NCBI GenBank assembly: GCA_963822965.1
Contig: CAWGJT010000009.1
Coordinates: 236,056 to 300,055, forward strand
DNA: 64,000 nucleotides
Origin: an uncultured delta proteobacterium
GTDB taxonomy: Bacteria; Myxococcota_A; UBA9160; UBA4427
Direction: 5' to 3'
Below, in pieces: positions 19,326 through 29,775 of this stretch. Within the stretch, counting starts at the first letter, position 1, and every line of letters begins with the position of its first letter. The notes under the pieces are model-generated. The model searched no databases. It was not told the origin of the DNA and worked only from the letters and a program-made list of their open reading frames with translations. Both the position numbers and the translations under genes were made by a program.

Positions 19326-22300
19326 GTGAGGCGCGTGCTGCTCGCGTATGCGATCTCGGGCTTCGTCAGCCTGGCCTACCAGGTGGCGTGGTTCCGGATC
19401 TTCAACGACCGCTTCGGCTCCACGAACGTCACGTTCGCGCTGGTGGTCGCCAACTTCATCGGCGGTCTCGCCGTCGGCTCGATCGCCAGCCGACGGGTGA
19501 GCCGACTCTGGGCGCGGCTCCCCGGCCTCTCCGAGGGCCTGCGGGTGTACGGCGCCTTCGAGCTGGCCGTCGCGCTCGCCATCGGCATCACCTTCGCGAC
19601 CGCGTACCTGCCCGGCGACCTGTGGGGCCACTTCCCCTACGTGCTGAAGGACGGCATCTGGGAGCACACGATCCGCTACCGGCTCTTCGAGGCCGCCGCG
19701 GCCGCCGCCTGCGTCTTCGTTCCGTGCTTCTTCATGGGCGTCACCTACCCGCTGCTGTGCGACCGCTTTCGCGCGCATCCCTCCGGCGCGCGCTTCCCGG
19801 CCGCCCTCTACGCCTGGAACACCCTCGGCGCCTGCAGCGGCGTGCTCGCCTGCCAGTTCCTCTTCCTTCCGCACCTCGGACACGACGCCACCCTGGCCTG
19901 GACGGCCGGAGCCAACGCGCTGCTCGGTGCCGCCTTCCTGCTCGTCCCGGGCTGCGTCCGGGCGGGACCGGGCGCGGGGGCGGCCCCACCCGCGCCCTTC
20001 TCGCCTCCCGCTTCGGTGGAAGGCGACGGGGTCGCTTCGGAGAAGCGCGCGCGGCCCCTGGCGCTGCTCGCCATGGTGAGCGTGGGCGGCTTCCTCGCGG
20101 GCGCCCTCGAGGCCGACCTCTTCAAGCGCATCACGTTCGTGATCGAGCTCAACCCGGGCGCGACCATGTCGTTCATCTCCTTCTGGGCGATCCTGGCGAT
20201 CTTCCTCGCGAGCGCCGGCGTCCGGCGGCTGCCACGGCTGCCGCTGCTGGCCATCAAGATCGCCTTCGCGCTCGGCGCGGTCTACTGCGCGGCGACCTGG
20301 CTCGCCATCGACGGGATCCGGGACTTCGTGGAGGCGACGGTCACGCCCGTGCCCGTCCCCATCCAGGCGAACCTCGAGGGCATGCGCAATCTGGACTTCC
20401 CCAGTCATCTCGCGCAGCTCTGGGTGTTCACGGGGATCCTGGTCTTTCCTCCGTACTTCGCGGTGTCACTGCTGCTGCCGGCCGTCTGCAACGAGCTGCA
20501 GCGCCGGGGCGGGCACCTGGGGCTCGCCTACGGGCTCAACACCGTGGCGTTCTGCCTGGGCTTCCTCGCCTTCATGCTCTTCGTGCCCGCTCTGGGCAAC
20601 GTCTTCCACGCCTTCAAGCTCTTCGGGGTCGTCTTCGCGCTCTGCGCGGCCTGGCTCTTCGTGCTCCGGGAGAGCCGCCCACTCGGCGTCATGGAAGCCT
20701 CTCGCGCTGGGGGTCGCCGTGGCCGTGGCGGCCGCGTCGGTGCCTTCGGGCTTCGACCGTAGCGTTCTTCCGGCAAGGCTCGCTGCCCGCCGTGGCGACC
20801 GTACGGGCCGTTCGCAGCGACGGCGCCACCACCACCTTCGTGGCGGACGCCCCGGGCGGTCCGCGCCTCTTCTTCGGCCGCCTGCAGATGTCCGCCACGA
20901 ACCTGCGCGCTCGTACCTACATGCGGCTGATGGCGCACTTCCCGTTGCTCTTCCACTCGCACCCCGAGAAGGCGCTGCTCATCTGTCTCGGCGTGGGGAA
21001 CACCGGCTCGGCGATCGCGAGCCACGACAGCATCCGCCAGATCGACGTCGTCGACCTGAACGACGAGGTGGTCCGCACGCTGCCGGAGTTCGCCGCGACC
21101 AACGGCGACCTCTCCGGCGACCCCCGGGTGCGCTTCATCCACGACGACGGGCGCAGCTTCCTCGCCACCACGGACCAGACCTACGATCTGATCACCAGCG
21201 AGCCGCCCCCGCCCCTGGCCGCAGGCGTGTATCGCCTCTACTCGAGCGACTACTACCGCGTGGCCCGGGACGCACCTCTCGCCGGACGGCTTCATGACCC
21301 AGTGGCTGCCGCTCTTCCTGATGACCCCGGAAGCGGTGGAGATGGCCGTGAGCAGCTTCCTCGAGGTGTTCCCCCACACGCTGCTCTTCACCGGCTACGG
21401 CACCGACTTCGTGCTGGTGGGCAGCCCGTCTCCCATCGACCCGACCATCCTGGCGGAGCGCTTCCCAGGCTCGGACGCAGTGCGACGCGACCTGGCGGGC
21501 TTCAACATCGAGGACCCGGCGGCGCTGCTGGCGCGAATCGTCCAGGACGACACGGCCCTGCGACGCAACTACGGCGGCGCGCCGCCGATCCGCGACCAGC
21601 GCAACGACCTCGAGCACCTCTTCCTCGATCCGCGGGCGCGGCCGGTGGTCGCCTACGAGCCCGACGACGTCATCGCCTGGCTGCATCGGCGCCTCGACGG
21701 CACCTTCCCGGCCCTGGCCGAGCGCACGGTCGCCATCCTGACGCACCTCGGCCGCCTCCAGTACCACGTCCAGGGCTATCCCTATGAGACCCTGGCCGCC
21801 CTCGACCCGGACACCCGCACCCCGGTGGCGCTGGCCGACGTCGACTGGCTGGCGCTCGCGCGGCTCGACCAGCAGCACGCCGCCGCCCTGCGGGCCGGAC
21901 GGACCGATCTCGCCATCGACGTGCTCGAGCGCTTCCTCGCGGCCTCCGACGAGCAGCCTTCGGTGTGGCTCCAGCTGGGGCGGCTGCACCTGGAGCGCCA
22001 CGAGTACGACGCGGCCATCGCCGCCTTCCGGCGGTTCGGCGGTCTCGAGCCCGACGCCTACATCGGCTACCAGCTGCTGGGGACCGCCTATCGGCGGGCG
22101 GGTCGGCCGACCGACGCCGTCGAGCCGTTCGCCCGGGCCGCCCGGCTGAACGAGCGGGCCTGGCTCCCCCTGGAGGGTCTGGCGTGGATCCACGCCACCT
22201 ATCCCGAGCCCCCGCTCCGGAACGGCGAGCGAGCCGTCGAGCTCGCGCTCGAGGCGACGCGCCTGGTCCCGGGCCGGAGTCCCGCCCTGGACGAGACCCT

Positions 22301-22463
22301 GGCGGCCGCCTATGCGGCGGCGGGCCAGCAGGAGCTCGCCGTCGAGACGACCCTCGCCGCGCTCGAGGCCCTGCCCCCGGAACGGCACGGCGACCGCGCC
22401 CGGCTGGAGCGGGAGCTGGCCCTCTACCGCCAGGGGCGCGAGCTCGTCGAGCCGCCTCGTTGA
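19326..22463 (+). CDS. fused membrane domain + spermidine-synthase-like SAM domain + TPR protein (two frameshifts)
   Basis: SGFVSLAYQVAW, LYAWNTLG, YGLNT; ALLICLGVGNTG, DGRSFL..YDLITSEPP, TQWLP; C-terminal TPRs; frameshifts near 20700 and 21270. Confidence 0.8.
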
Positions 22464-22548
22464 CCGCGCCTCGCACCGCTCCGCCGCCCTGTTACGCTCG
22501 GGCGCGAGCCCGTTCCCGCGGACGGGCCGATCGATGCGGAGAGGGTGT

Positions 22549-23115
22549 GTGACGGGACGTCGGGGAATGATGGCGCTGTTCGTGGGCCTGCTCGTCGCAC
22601 AGCGTGCGGCGGCCGGCGAGTGCGCCGGCGTCACCCTCGAAGACACCGCCCTCGTGGACGGGCACCCGCTCGTCCTCAACGGAATGGGCCTCCGCGAGGC
22701 CACGATCTTCAACGTGGACGTCTACGTGGCGGGGCTCTACCTGCCCGCGCCGACCCGCGACCCCGCCGTGGTGGTCGACGGCGACGTCCCCAAGCGCCTG
22801 GTGATGCGCTTCGTGCGGGAGGTGGGGCGCGCGGACATGGACGACGCCATCCGCAAGAGCTTCGCGAGCGCGGCGACCCGCTACGGAGACACCATCAGCC
22901 GCCTGTCGGGCATGTTCCCGGAGAAGATGCGGGAGGGTGACCGCGTGGTCTTCGACTACGTGCGCGACGCAGGCATGCGGGTGGGCTTCAACGGCGCCGA
23001 GCGGGGAACGATCCGCGACGACGGCTTCAGCGCCGTCTTCTTCGGCATCTTCGTCGGCAGGAATCCACCCAACGAGGGGCTGAAGCGCGGGCTCCTCGGC
23101 GGCCCGTGCGGCTGA
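22549..23115 (+). CDS. chalcone isomerase-like family protein
   Basis: LVLNGMGLREATIFNVDVYVAGLYL...LKRGLLG; signal peptide. Confidence 0.85.
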   Translation: MTGRRGMMALFVGLLVAQRAAAGECAGVTLEDTALVDGHPLVLNGMGLREATIFNVDVYVAGLYLPAPTRDPAVVVDGDVPKRLVMRFVREVGRADMDDAIRKSFASAATRYGDTISRLSGMFPEKMREGDRVVFDYVRDAGMRVGFNGAERGTIRDDGFSAVFFGIFVGRNPPNEGLKRGLLGGPCG

Positions 23116-23224
23116 TCCAAGACGGCCCGCGCAGCGGATCCAAGACGGCCCGCGCAGCGGATCCAAGACGGCCCGCGCAGCGGATCCAAGACGGCCCGCG
23201 CAGCGGATCCAAGACGGCCCGCGC
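23114..23224. repeat. 23-bp perfect tandem repeat, about 4.8 copies
   Basis: GATCCAAGACGGCCCGCGCAGCG at 23114, 23137, 23160, 23183, partial at 23206; no spacers. Confidence 0.95.
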
Positions 23225-23253
23225 GGCCGAAGCCGACGCACGCGGCCTGCGCG

Positions 23254-23697
23254 TCAGCTCTTGCCGGGCTTCTGGATCGCCTCGAGGTAGTCGAGGATCA
23301 CGAGGATCGTGCCGCGCACGTGGCCCTCCCGGGCCTGGCTCCCGGCCGTGTCGTCGTGCATCTTCTTCCCCCAGACGGGCATCTCCTTGCTGCCGTGTCC
23401 GCGCACGGGGGTGCGGCCGTCGATGAAGGCGATGAGCTTGGGGCGCGGCAGCGGCATGCCGTACCGCTGCCCGAGGAGCGTGAGATCGGCGGGCTTCACG
23501 CTCAGCACCGGAGCCATGGGACCATCGCCCTGGGCGTTCACGCCGTGGCACGACGCGCAGTACTGCTGGAACTCCGGGTAGCCGCGGTGGTCGGGCAGGG
23601 GGCCCTGCTCGGCGGCGGCGGGGGAGGCCGCAGCGACGGCCAGCAGCGTGACCAGCAGCAGCGCGTTCGAGGTGCTCGGGGTTCGCCGGCGCTTCAT
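23254..23697 (-). CDS. monoheme c-type cytochrome
   Basis: Signal peptide, CASCH, PADLT, EMPVWG. Confidence 0.9.
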   Translation of the reverse strand: MKRRRTPSTSNALLLVTLLAVAAASPAAAEQGPLPDHRGYPEFQQYCASCHGVNAQGDGPMAPVLSVKPADLTLLGQRYGMPLPRPKLIAFIDGRTPVRGHGSKEMPVWGKKMHDDTAGSQAREGHVRGTILVILDYLEAIQKPGKS

Positions 23698-23773
23698 CTC
23701 GGCTCTTCCTCCTCTCGGGGTGATCCTTCCGTTGCCTTCCCTCGTGACTCGACGTCTCGCGCGCCGGCTCCTC

Positions 23774-25048
23774 TCAGGGACGCAGGCGGTAGCGGATCGG
23801 CATCCGCTTCACGCCGCCCAGGAAGCTCGAGCGCACGCGCTCGAAGCGACCCGCCAGCTCCACCTCTTCGAGCCGCTGGGCCAGCTCCCGGAAGATGACG
23901 CGCAGCTCGAGGCGGGCGAGGTTGGCGCCGAGACAGAAGTGCTCGCCGATTCCGAAGCCCAGGTGCGGATTCGGGCGGCGGTCCACGCGGAACACGTCCG
24001 GGTCGTCGAAGACCGCCTCGTCCCGGTTGGCCGAGGGATAGAAGAGACACATCGAGTCGCCGGCCTTCACGAGCTTGCCGTGCAGCTCCACGTCCTCGAC
24101 GGGGGTCCGGCAGAACTGGATGACCGGCGCGGTCCAGCGCACGATCTCCTCCACCGCCGAGTCCACCAGACCGGGATCGGCGCGCAGCTTCTCGAGCTCG
24201 CCCGGGTTCTCGATCAGCGCCAGCAGCCCGCCGCTCGCCGCGTTGCGCGTCGTCTCGTTGCCGGCCACGACCAGCAGCAGGAAGAAGGACAGGAGCTCCA
24301 TGGGAGGCATCGGTCGGCCGTCGATGCGCGCCGCGGTCAGTACGCTGACCATGTCGTCCTGGGGCTCGTGCAGCCGCTTCTCGGCGAGCTGCGCGAAGTA
24401 GCGGAACAGGTTGTCGCGCGCGTCCTGAAGCGCCGCGCCCGGCGAGTCCCCGGTCTGGAACTCCGGATCGGACGAGCCGGCGATCTGGTTGGTCCACTGG
24501 AACATGAGGCGCCAGTCCTCGCGCGGCACGCCGAGCATGTCGGCCAGCACCGCCAGGGTGAGGGGCGCCGTGAAGTCGGCCACGAAGTCCGCCTCGCGGG
24601 TCTCGCCGTCTCCGGCCAGCCCGGCGAGCAGATCGCGTGTGATCCGCTCCACCTCGCCACGACGCGAGGAGATCGCGCGGGGCGTGAACCAGTGGCTGGC
24701 CGCCGCGCGGAACTTCGCATGGTCGGGCGGATCCATGTTCAGCAGGTGTCGCACCTCGCGCTTCTCGACCGGCGCGCCCTCCTCGAAGATCGCGAGTCGG
24801 GGCGCGTTCAGGAAGCGCCCGGGCTGCTTCGAGATCCACACGATGTCCGCGCGGCGCGTGATGGCCCAGAAGCCCACGCCCCGCGGCACGTCGAACCAGT
24901 GCACGGGCGATTCCCGGCGCAGGCGCTTCCAGGCCGCGTGGGGGTAGCCGTCGTCCCGGTAGGTGTCGGGGCCGAAGACGTCGAGTGCGTCGAGTGACGG
25001 ATCCGGGGGCGCGTACGCGGCCGCCTGGGGAGTGGGATCTCGAGCCAT
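23774..25048 (-). CDS. cytochrome P450
   Basis: MDPPDH, AGNETT, EIVR, FGIGEHFCLG. Confidence 0.95.
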   Translation of the reverse strand: MARDPTPQAAAYAPPDPSLDALDVFGPDTYRDDGYPHAAWKRLRRESPVHWFDVPRGVGFWAITRRADIVWISKQPGRFLNAPRLAIFEEGAPVEKREVRHLLNMDPPDHAKFRAAASHWFTPRAISSRRGEVERITRDLLAGLAGDGETREADFVADFTAPLTLAVLADMLGVPREDWRLMFQWTNQIAGSSDPEFQTGDSPGAALQDARDNLFRYFAQLAEKRLHEPQDDMVSVLTAARIDGRPMPPMELLSFFLLLVVAGNETTRNAASGGLLALIENPGELEKLRADPGLVDSAVEEIVRWTAPVIQFCRTPVEDVELHGKLVKAGDSMCLFYPSANRDEAVFDDPDVFRVDRRPNPHLGFGIGEHFCLGANLARLELRVIFRELAQRLEEVELAGRFERVRSSFLGGVKRMPIRYRLRP

Positions 25049-25219
25049 GGAGGGGAGCTTACCCCGCTGGCGGCGCTTCCGGGGGTAGCTCGCCGGGGGA
25101 CGCGAGCGCGTTCGAATCGCCTCACTTTCGCCCGACACGCTGCCGCACCGGGCTTTGCGAACGGGCCGGCCCGGTTATCCTCACGCGTTCGCTCGAAGCC
25201 CAGCCGAGGAGACGTCCCG

Positions 25220-25975
25220 ATGAAATCCCCGCGCACCCCCCTTCACCCTCGCCCCCCCATCCGCCGGCGGCTCGCCGCCGTCGTGGCCGCGCCGCTCCTG
25301 GCAGGCTGCGTCACCCAGGGCACCTACGACGAGATGCGGGGCGAGCGCGACGCCCTGCAGACCCGGGTGACCGAGCTCGAGAGCCGAAACGACGAGATCC
25401 AGCACCGCGCCGACGAGCTCGCAGGCCAGCTCGCGGAGGTGCAGGACACCAACCAGGCACTGGACACGAAGCTGGCCGAGCGAAGCGCAGAGACGGAGAT
25501 GCTCAAGGGCACCTACGATGCGCTCGTCTCCGACCTGGAGAGCGAGCTGGTCTCGGGCAAGGTCCAGCTCCAGCAGCTCCGGAGCGGCGGGCTGCAGGTG
25601 GACGTGGGCAGCGAGGTGCTCTTTCCGTCCGGATCCGCGGACCTCGACGCGGGCGGCCAGCGCGTGCTCGAGAAGGTGGCCAGCCAGCTCAAGGCGAGCC
25701 CGAACCGCATCGTCGTCGAGGGACACACCGATGACGTGCGCATCAGTCCGTCGCTACAGAAGCGATACCCCACGAACTGGGAGCTCGCGGCGGCCCGGGC
25801 CGCCCGGGTGGTTCGCCTCTTCCAGGACCAGGGAATCGCGGGCGAGCGACTGCACGCGGTGTCGGCGGGCCCCTTCCATCCGCTGGCCCCCAACGACACG
25901 CCCCAGGGTCGCGCCCGCAACCGCCGGATCGAGATCCGCCTGCTGCCGGCGGTCGCGCCCGAGACCCAGGACTGA
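25220..25975 (+). CDS. OmpA/MotB-family lipoprotein with coiled coil
   Basis: LAGC lipobox; LFPSGSA, VEGHTDD, NWELAAARA, NRRIEI. Confidence 0.9.
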   Translation: MKSPRTPLHPRPPIRRRLAAVVAAPLLAGCVTQGTYDEMRGERDALQTRVTELESRNDEIQHRADELAGQLAEVQDTNQALDTKLAERSAETEMLKGTYDALVSDLESELVSGKVQLQQLRSGGLQVDVGSEVLFPSGSADLDAGGQRVLEKVASQLKASPNRIVVEGHTDDVRISPSLQKRYPTNWELAAARAARVVRLFQDQGIAGERLHAVSAGPFHPLAPNDTPQGRARNRRIEIRLLPAVAPETQD

Positions 25976-26028
25976 GACGAGGTCCTGGGCCGGCCGGCTA
26001 GGAGCCTGACCCATCCTGGGCCGGCTTG

Positions 26029-27234
26029 CTAGCGCCGGTCTGCGCAGCGCGCGGCCGCGCCTCCGATGCGCGCGATGCGGGTGTCGCCGAAGGGGGTGCC
26101 GACGCCGCTGTTCACCGTGAGCGCCACGGCGAGCTGGCGCCGGGGATCGGCCCAGCCCCCCGAGCCACCGAAGCCGAAGTGGCCGAAGCCTTCCGGCACG
26201 CGGGCTCGCACCGCGAAGGCGCGGTGATAGCCGAGTCGCCAGCGCATGGAGATCGGAATCACCCGGCCCGCGCCACGGTTCTGCTCCCGGCTGGCCTGTC
26301 GCAGGGTGTCGTCGGAGAGCAGCCGAACCCCGTCGAGCTCCCCCCCCTGCGCGAGGCACGCATAGAGCCGCGCCAGGGAGCGTGCGGTGAACATCCCGTT
26401 GGCGGCGGGGATCGAGGCGGCGCGCAGCTCGTCGGAGTTGAAGTCCAGCTCCTCCATCCCGGGCGGAACGAGCGCGGCAAGGGCCTCGGTCGGGTCCCAT
26501 CGAATGCCCACCCGGGCCAGGCGCCGGCCCCAGCGGGTGGCCGCTTCGAGGGTTCGCTGCGTGTTGCGACGACGCTCGTCGGTCGAGCCGTCCATTCCCT
26601 TCGCCATCAGCTGCGCACAGCGGTGCATCTGGTCCGGCGGCACGCCGCAGTAGAGGCCGTCGAGCCCCAGCGGCCGCGCGAGGTCGCGCTCGACCAGCTC
26701 CGCAAAGGGCTTGTCGCCGGCGACCCGGCGCACCACCTCGCCCACCAGCCAGCCGTAGGTGAGACCGTGGTAGCCGTGCGCGGCTCCCGGCGCGTGGCGC
26801 GGTGCGGCGGCCGCCAGGCGCGTGGTCATCTGCTGCCAGTCGAGCATCTCGGAGGCGTGCTCCACCATGTCGCGGATCGCATAGAGCCCCGCTTCGTGGC
26901 ACAGCAGCTGCCGAACCGTGAGCCTCTCCTTGCCGGCATCTGCGAACTCCGGCCAGTAGCGGGCGACGGGCGCGTCGTAGTCGATCAGGCCGCGATCCGC
27001 GTAGACGTGGAGCAGCGTCGAGGCCACGCCCTTCGTGGTGGAGAACGACAGGCTGAGCGTGTCCTCCTCCCAGGCCGAGCCCGCGTCGTCCCGGGTGCCG
27101 CCCCAGGCGTCGACGACCTTCTCCCCCCGGTGGTAGACGCACACCGCGGCACCGCCGGGGCGCTTCTTCGGCAGGATACGCCGCAGGCTGCGCGCCACGT
27201 CGGCGAAATCGGGATGGACGAAGCCCTGAAGCAT
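26029..27234 (-). CDS. serine hydrolase (beta-lactamase/esterase family)
   Basis: FSTTK (SxxK), LLCHEAGL, YHGLTYG, FGHFGFGGS. Confidence 0.9.
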   Translation of the reverse strand: MLQGFVHPDFADVARSLRRILPKKRPGGAAVCVYHRGEKVVDAWGGTRDDAGSAWEEDTLSLSFSTTKGVASTLLHVYADRGLIDYDAPVARYWPEFADAGKERLTVRQLLCHEAGLYAIRDMVEHASEMLDWQQMTTRLAAAAPRHAPGAAHGYHGLTYGWLVGEVVRRVAGDKPFAELVERDLARPLGLDGLYCGVPPDQMHRCAQLMAKGMDGSTDERRRNTQRTLEAATRWGRRLARVGIRWDPTEALAALVPPGMEELDFNSDELRAASIPAANGMFTARSLARLYACLAQGGELDGVRLLSDDTLRQASREQNRGAGRVIPISMRWRLGYHRAFAVRARVPEGFGHFGFGGSGGWADPRRQLAVALTVNSGVGTPFGDTRIARIGGAAARCADRR

Positions 27235-27372
27235 GACGAGAACCTTTCGGCGCCGGCGCCGGCGCCGGCGCCGGCAGCGGCGCCGCCGCCGCGTGGGACC
27301 CGCCCGGGTTTCGGCCACGGGACGCGGCGCGCCGACAGGGTAGGCTCGTTGAACCGGGCCTGCATCCGCCCC

Positions 27373-27999
27373 ATGCTCCCGACCGTGCGCTCCGACGCCC
27401 TCGACCAGATCGTGAGCCGCTACCTCGACCTCCCCGTCAAGGCGAGCTGGCACGGCGGCCCCGCAGACCTGATCCGGGGGTCCTTCGACGACCCGCGGCT
27501 CGAGCTCGGCGGAATCGCCACCAGCTGGCTCCCGCTGGACGGCGTGGTGCTGAGCGCCCGGCACGTCAAGCTGACCCCGGGGCTCCCGGCCCGCCTGCAC
27601 GTCGAGGACCCTTCGCTCATGGCGCTCGTGAGCCAGAGCGACGTCGAGCGCTGGGTGGCGCGCTTCCAGCTCCCGTTCGAGCTGCAGCTCACGGAGCACG
27701 GGCTCGTCGCGAAGGCGCGGGTGGCAGGGCTACCCCTGGGCGAGGTCGAGGCACGGCTCGGCGTGGTGCGCGGATGGTTCGTCCTGCAGCCCCGGCGCGC
27801 GTCGCTCCTCGGCGTGCCGAACTACGCGGCCTGGCTCTTCCGCACCTATCTTCCCCTGCCGCCCCTCGCTCGGGGTGCCCGGCTCGACGAGATCGAGCAC
27901 GAGGAGAGACGCATCCGCCTTCGCTTCGAGATCGAGAGCTTCGAGGAGGAGATCACACCGGGCCTGCTCGGACGGCTACGGCGGCGCCTGCTGCCCTGA
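27373..27999 (+). CDS. hypothetical protein
   Basis: Codon-biased ORF (MLPTVRSDALDQIVSRYLDLPV...) divergent from the hydrolase. Confidence 0.65.
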   Translation: MLPTVRSDALDQIVSRYLDLPVKASWHGGPADLIRGSFDDPRLELGGIATSWLPLDGVVLSARHVKLTPGLPARLHVEDPSLMALVSQSDVERWVARFQLPFELQLTEHGLVAKARVAGLPLGEVEARLGVVRGWFVLQPRRASLLGVPNYAAWLFRTYLPLPPLARGARLDEIEHEERRIRLRFEIESFEEEITPGLLGRLRRRLLP

Positions 28000-29258
28000 C
28001 GTGCTCCCCGCTTCGGTGCGATCTCGACCTCACCGATCGCCGGGGGCTGCGGATTCCTCTCCGGCGCCGGGGGTGGGCTCGGCGGCTTCGGCGGCTTCAG
28101 GCTCGGCGGCTTCGGCGGCTTCAGGCTCGGCGGCTCCGGTTCGGCGGCTTCATGCTCGGCGGCTCCCTCGGCTTCCGGGACGGCGGCTTCGGGCTCCGCG
28201 GCAGCCGCGGCTTCGGGCGTTACGGCTTCGGACTCGGGCTCGACGTCCGTGGCCTCACCCCCGGGCGAAGCCGCCCCGGGCGCCGTCTCCGCAGGCGCCT
28301 CGCTGCCCGCGCCGGGAGGCACGGGCGGCGGCCAGTCCGGTCGGGTGGTGAGATCGTCCCGGGGCTCGACGAAGAGGGCGCGCGTCTGGCCCACCACGTG
28401 GCCGACGACCACGGGCCCGTAGGCGATCGCATAGCCGACCCAGCCCGGACCCAGGGGCAGGTAGCGGAAGTAGTCGCCGCCGACGCTGCCGACGTAGGTG
28501 CCGTAGGCCGGATACAGGGTGCGGTAGGCGGACTTCCGCATCGGCACGTCGTCCTTCGCGTACAGATACGAGATCGCGTCGCTCGTGGCGACGCCCTCCT
28601 GCCAGAGCGGCACCAGGGGAAGGATCCGCAGCGCCGCGTAGCCCCCCCGCCAGTGGCGGTTCGACTTGCGCGCGAAGTCCTTGGCGTGACCGGCCTCGTG
28701 GAGCACCACGGGCAGGTTGTCCGAGTAGAGATTGATGGTGTTCGTGAAGGGGTTGTAGTTGTCGCCGCTGAGCAGCCCGGCGAAGAATCGGCCCGGCAGG
28801 ATCGTGTAGAAGGTGGTGGAGAGCAGCCCGAAGCTCCAGCGCCAGAAGGCGCCCACGTCCTTGTTGTGGGCGAGCCGCCGCCACTCGTCCCCCGGCGCGT
28901 ACTGGTTCAGCCTCACCTTGACGTTGTCGAGGTCGTTCTCCGACAGGTACACCCGGAGCGCGGCCTCGGTCTCCGGCGAGATGTCGTGGTTGTTGACGTT
29001 CCAGTGGAGCAGCAGGATCTTGCTCGGCAGCGAGATCACGTAGTGACCGATGCCGTCCAGGAAGGCGTGCGGCCGGCCTCGCTCGACCTGAGCCTCCCCC
29101 GGCCGCAGCCGCAGGGTGTACGGGCCGTCGACGTCGTGGCTGTACTCGTAGGGGGTGCTGATGCACCCGAGACCGAGACCACAGGCCGCGAGCAGCCCGG
29201 CGAACGCGGCCAGCCGGACTCGCCGCCGCCGGGCTCTGCTGGCGGGGCGCTCGATCAT
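27846..29258 (-). CDS. putative lipoprotein with HExxH motif and Pro/Ala/Glu-rich tail (3' end uncertain)
   Basis: LGLGC lipobox-like; GDNYNPFTNTINLYSD, VVLHEAGHAKD; tail overlaps the convergent gene by 154 nt. Confidence 0.7.
   Translation of the reverse strand: MIERPASRARRRRVRLAAFAGLLAACGLGLGCISTPYEYSHDVDGPYTLRLRPGEAQVERGRPHAFLDGIGHYVISLPSKILLLHWNVNNHDISPETEAALRVYLSENDLDNVKVRLNQYAPGDEWRRLAHNKDVGAFWRWSFGLLSTTFYTILPGRFFAGLLSGDNYNPFTNTINLYSDNLPVVLHEAGHAKDFARKSNRHWRGGYAALRILPLVPLWQEGVATSDAISYLYAKDDVPMRKSAYRTLYPAYGTYVGSVGGDYFRYLPLGPGWVGYAIAYGPVVVGHVVGQTRALFVEPRDDLTTRPDWPPPVPPGAGSEAPAETAPGAASPGGEATDVEPESEAVTPEAAAAAEPEAAVPEAEGAAEHEAAEPEPPSLKPPKPPSLKPPKPPSPPPAPERNPQPPAIGEVEIAPKRGARQGSRRRRSRPSRPGVISSSKLSISKRRRMRLSSCSISSSRAPRARGGRGR
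28077..28166. repeat. 24-bp/9-bp low-complexity tandem repeat
   Basis: GCTCGGCGGCTTCGGCGGCTTCAG x2 plus degenerate copies. Confidence 0.8.
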
Positions 29259-29366
29259 CGAGTCGTGATCTGCCGGGTCCGAGGCACGGGGTCGCGAGAG
29301 GGTACCATGGCCGCGCCCGCGAACCGGTCCCGCGGCCGGCCGAATGCGACCCGGCGCGATCGGCGT

Positions 29367-29651
29367 TCAGCGGCGCCGGATGCGCATCCCGAACGCCACG
29401 GCGCCGACGGCGAAGAGCAGCACGGCGCTCGGCTCCGGCACGGCCGTGGTCGGGCCGTCCCCGCCCTTTCGGATGCGGTGGCGGCGGCGCTCGTGATGGG
29501 TTCTGCCGTGGTACCCGTGGGCGGTGAAGGCGATGTCCGACCCACCGGGGCGGTGGCTGAAGTCCCCGATGTGGATCGTCGAGGCCAGGGCGGGGGAGGC
29601 GGTGATCAGCAGGGCGAACAGGAAGAGGGCGAGGGAAAGCTTGCGGGACAT
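29367..29651 (-). CDS. small PEP-CTERM sorting-domain protein (94 aa)
   Basis: Signal MSRKLSLALFLFALLITASPALA; ends VPEPSAVLLFAVGAVAFGMRIRRR. Confidence 0.85.
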   Translation of the reverse strand: MSRKLSLALFLFALLITASPALASTIHIGDFSHRPGGSDIAFTAHGYHGRTHHERRRHRIRKGGDGPTTAVPEPSAVLLFAVGAVAFGMRIRRR

Positions 29652-29775
29652 GCGGGCTCCGAGCGGCCGGGTCGATCGGAAGAGATGGAACCGGGTCCGC
29701 GTGAACGTATAAGAAGGAAGGAGGAAGGGAACGATCCGATCTCCCCGCTTCCACCACTTCTGCACTCAATCCCGG

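Noticed and set aside
23114..23224. CRISPR array
   Set aside because: Repeats are directly adjacent with no spacers, and no cas genes are present
25220..25975. Flagellar stator motB
   Set aside because: It has a lipobox instead of the MotB TM helix with conserved Asp, and no motA is adjacent
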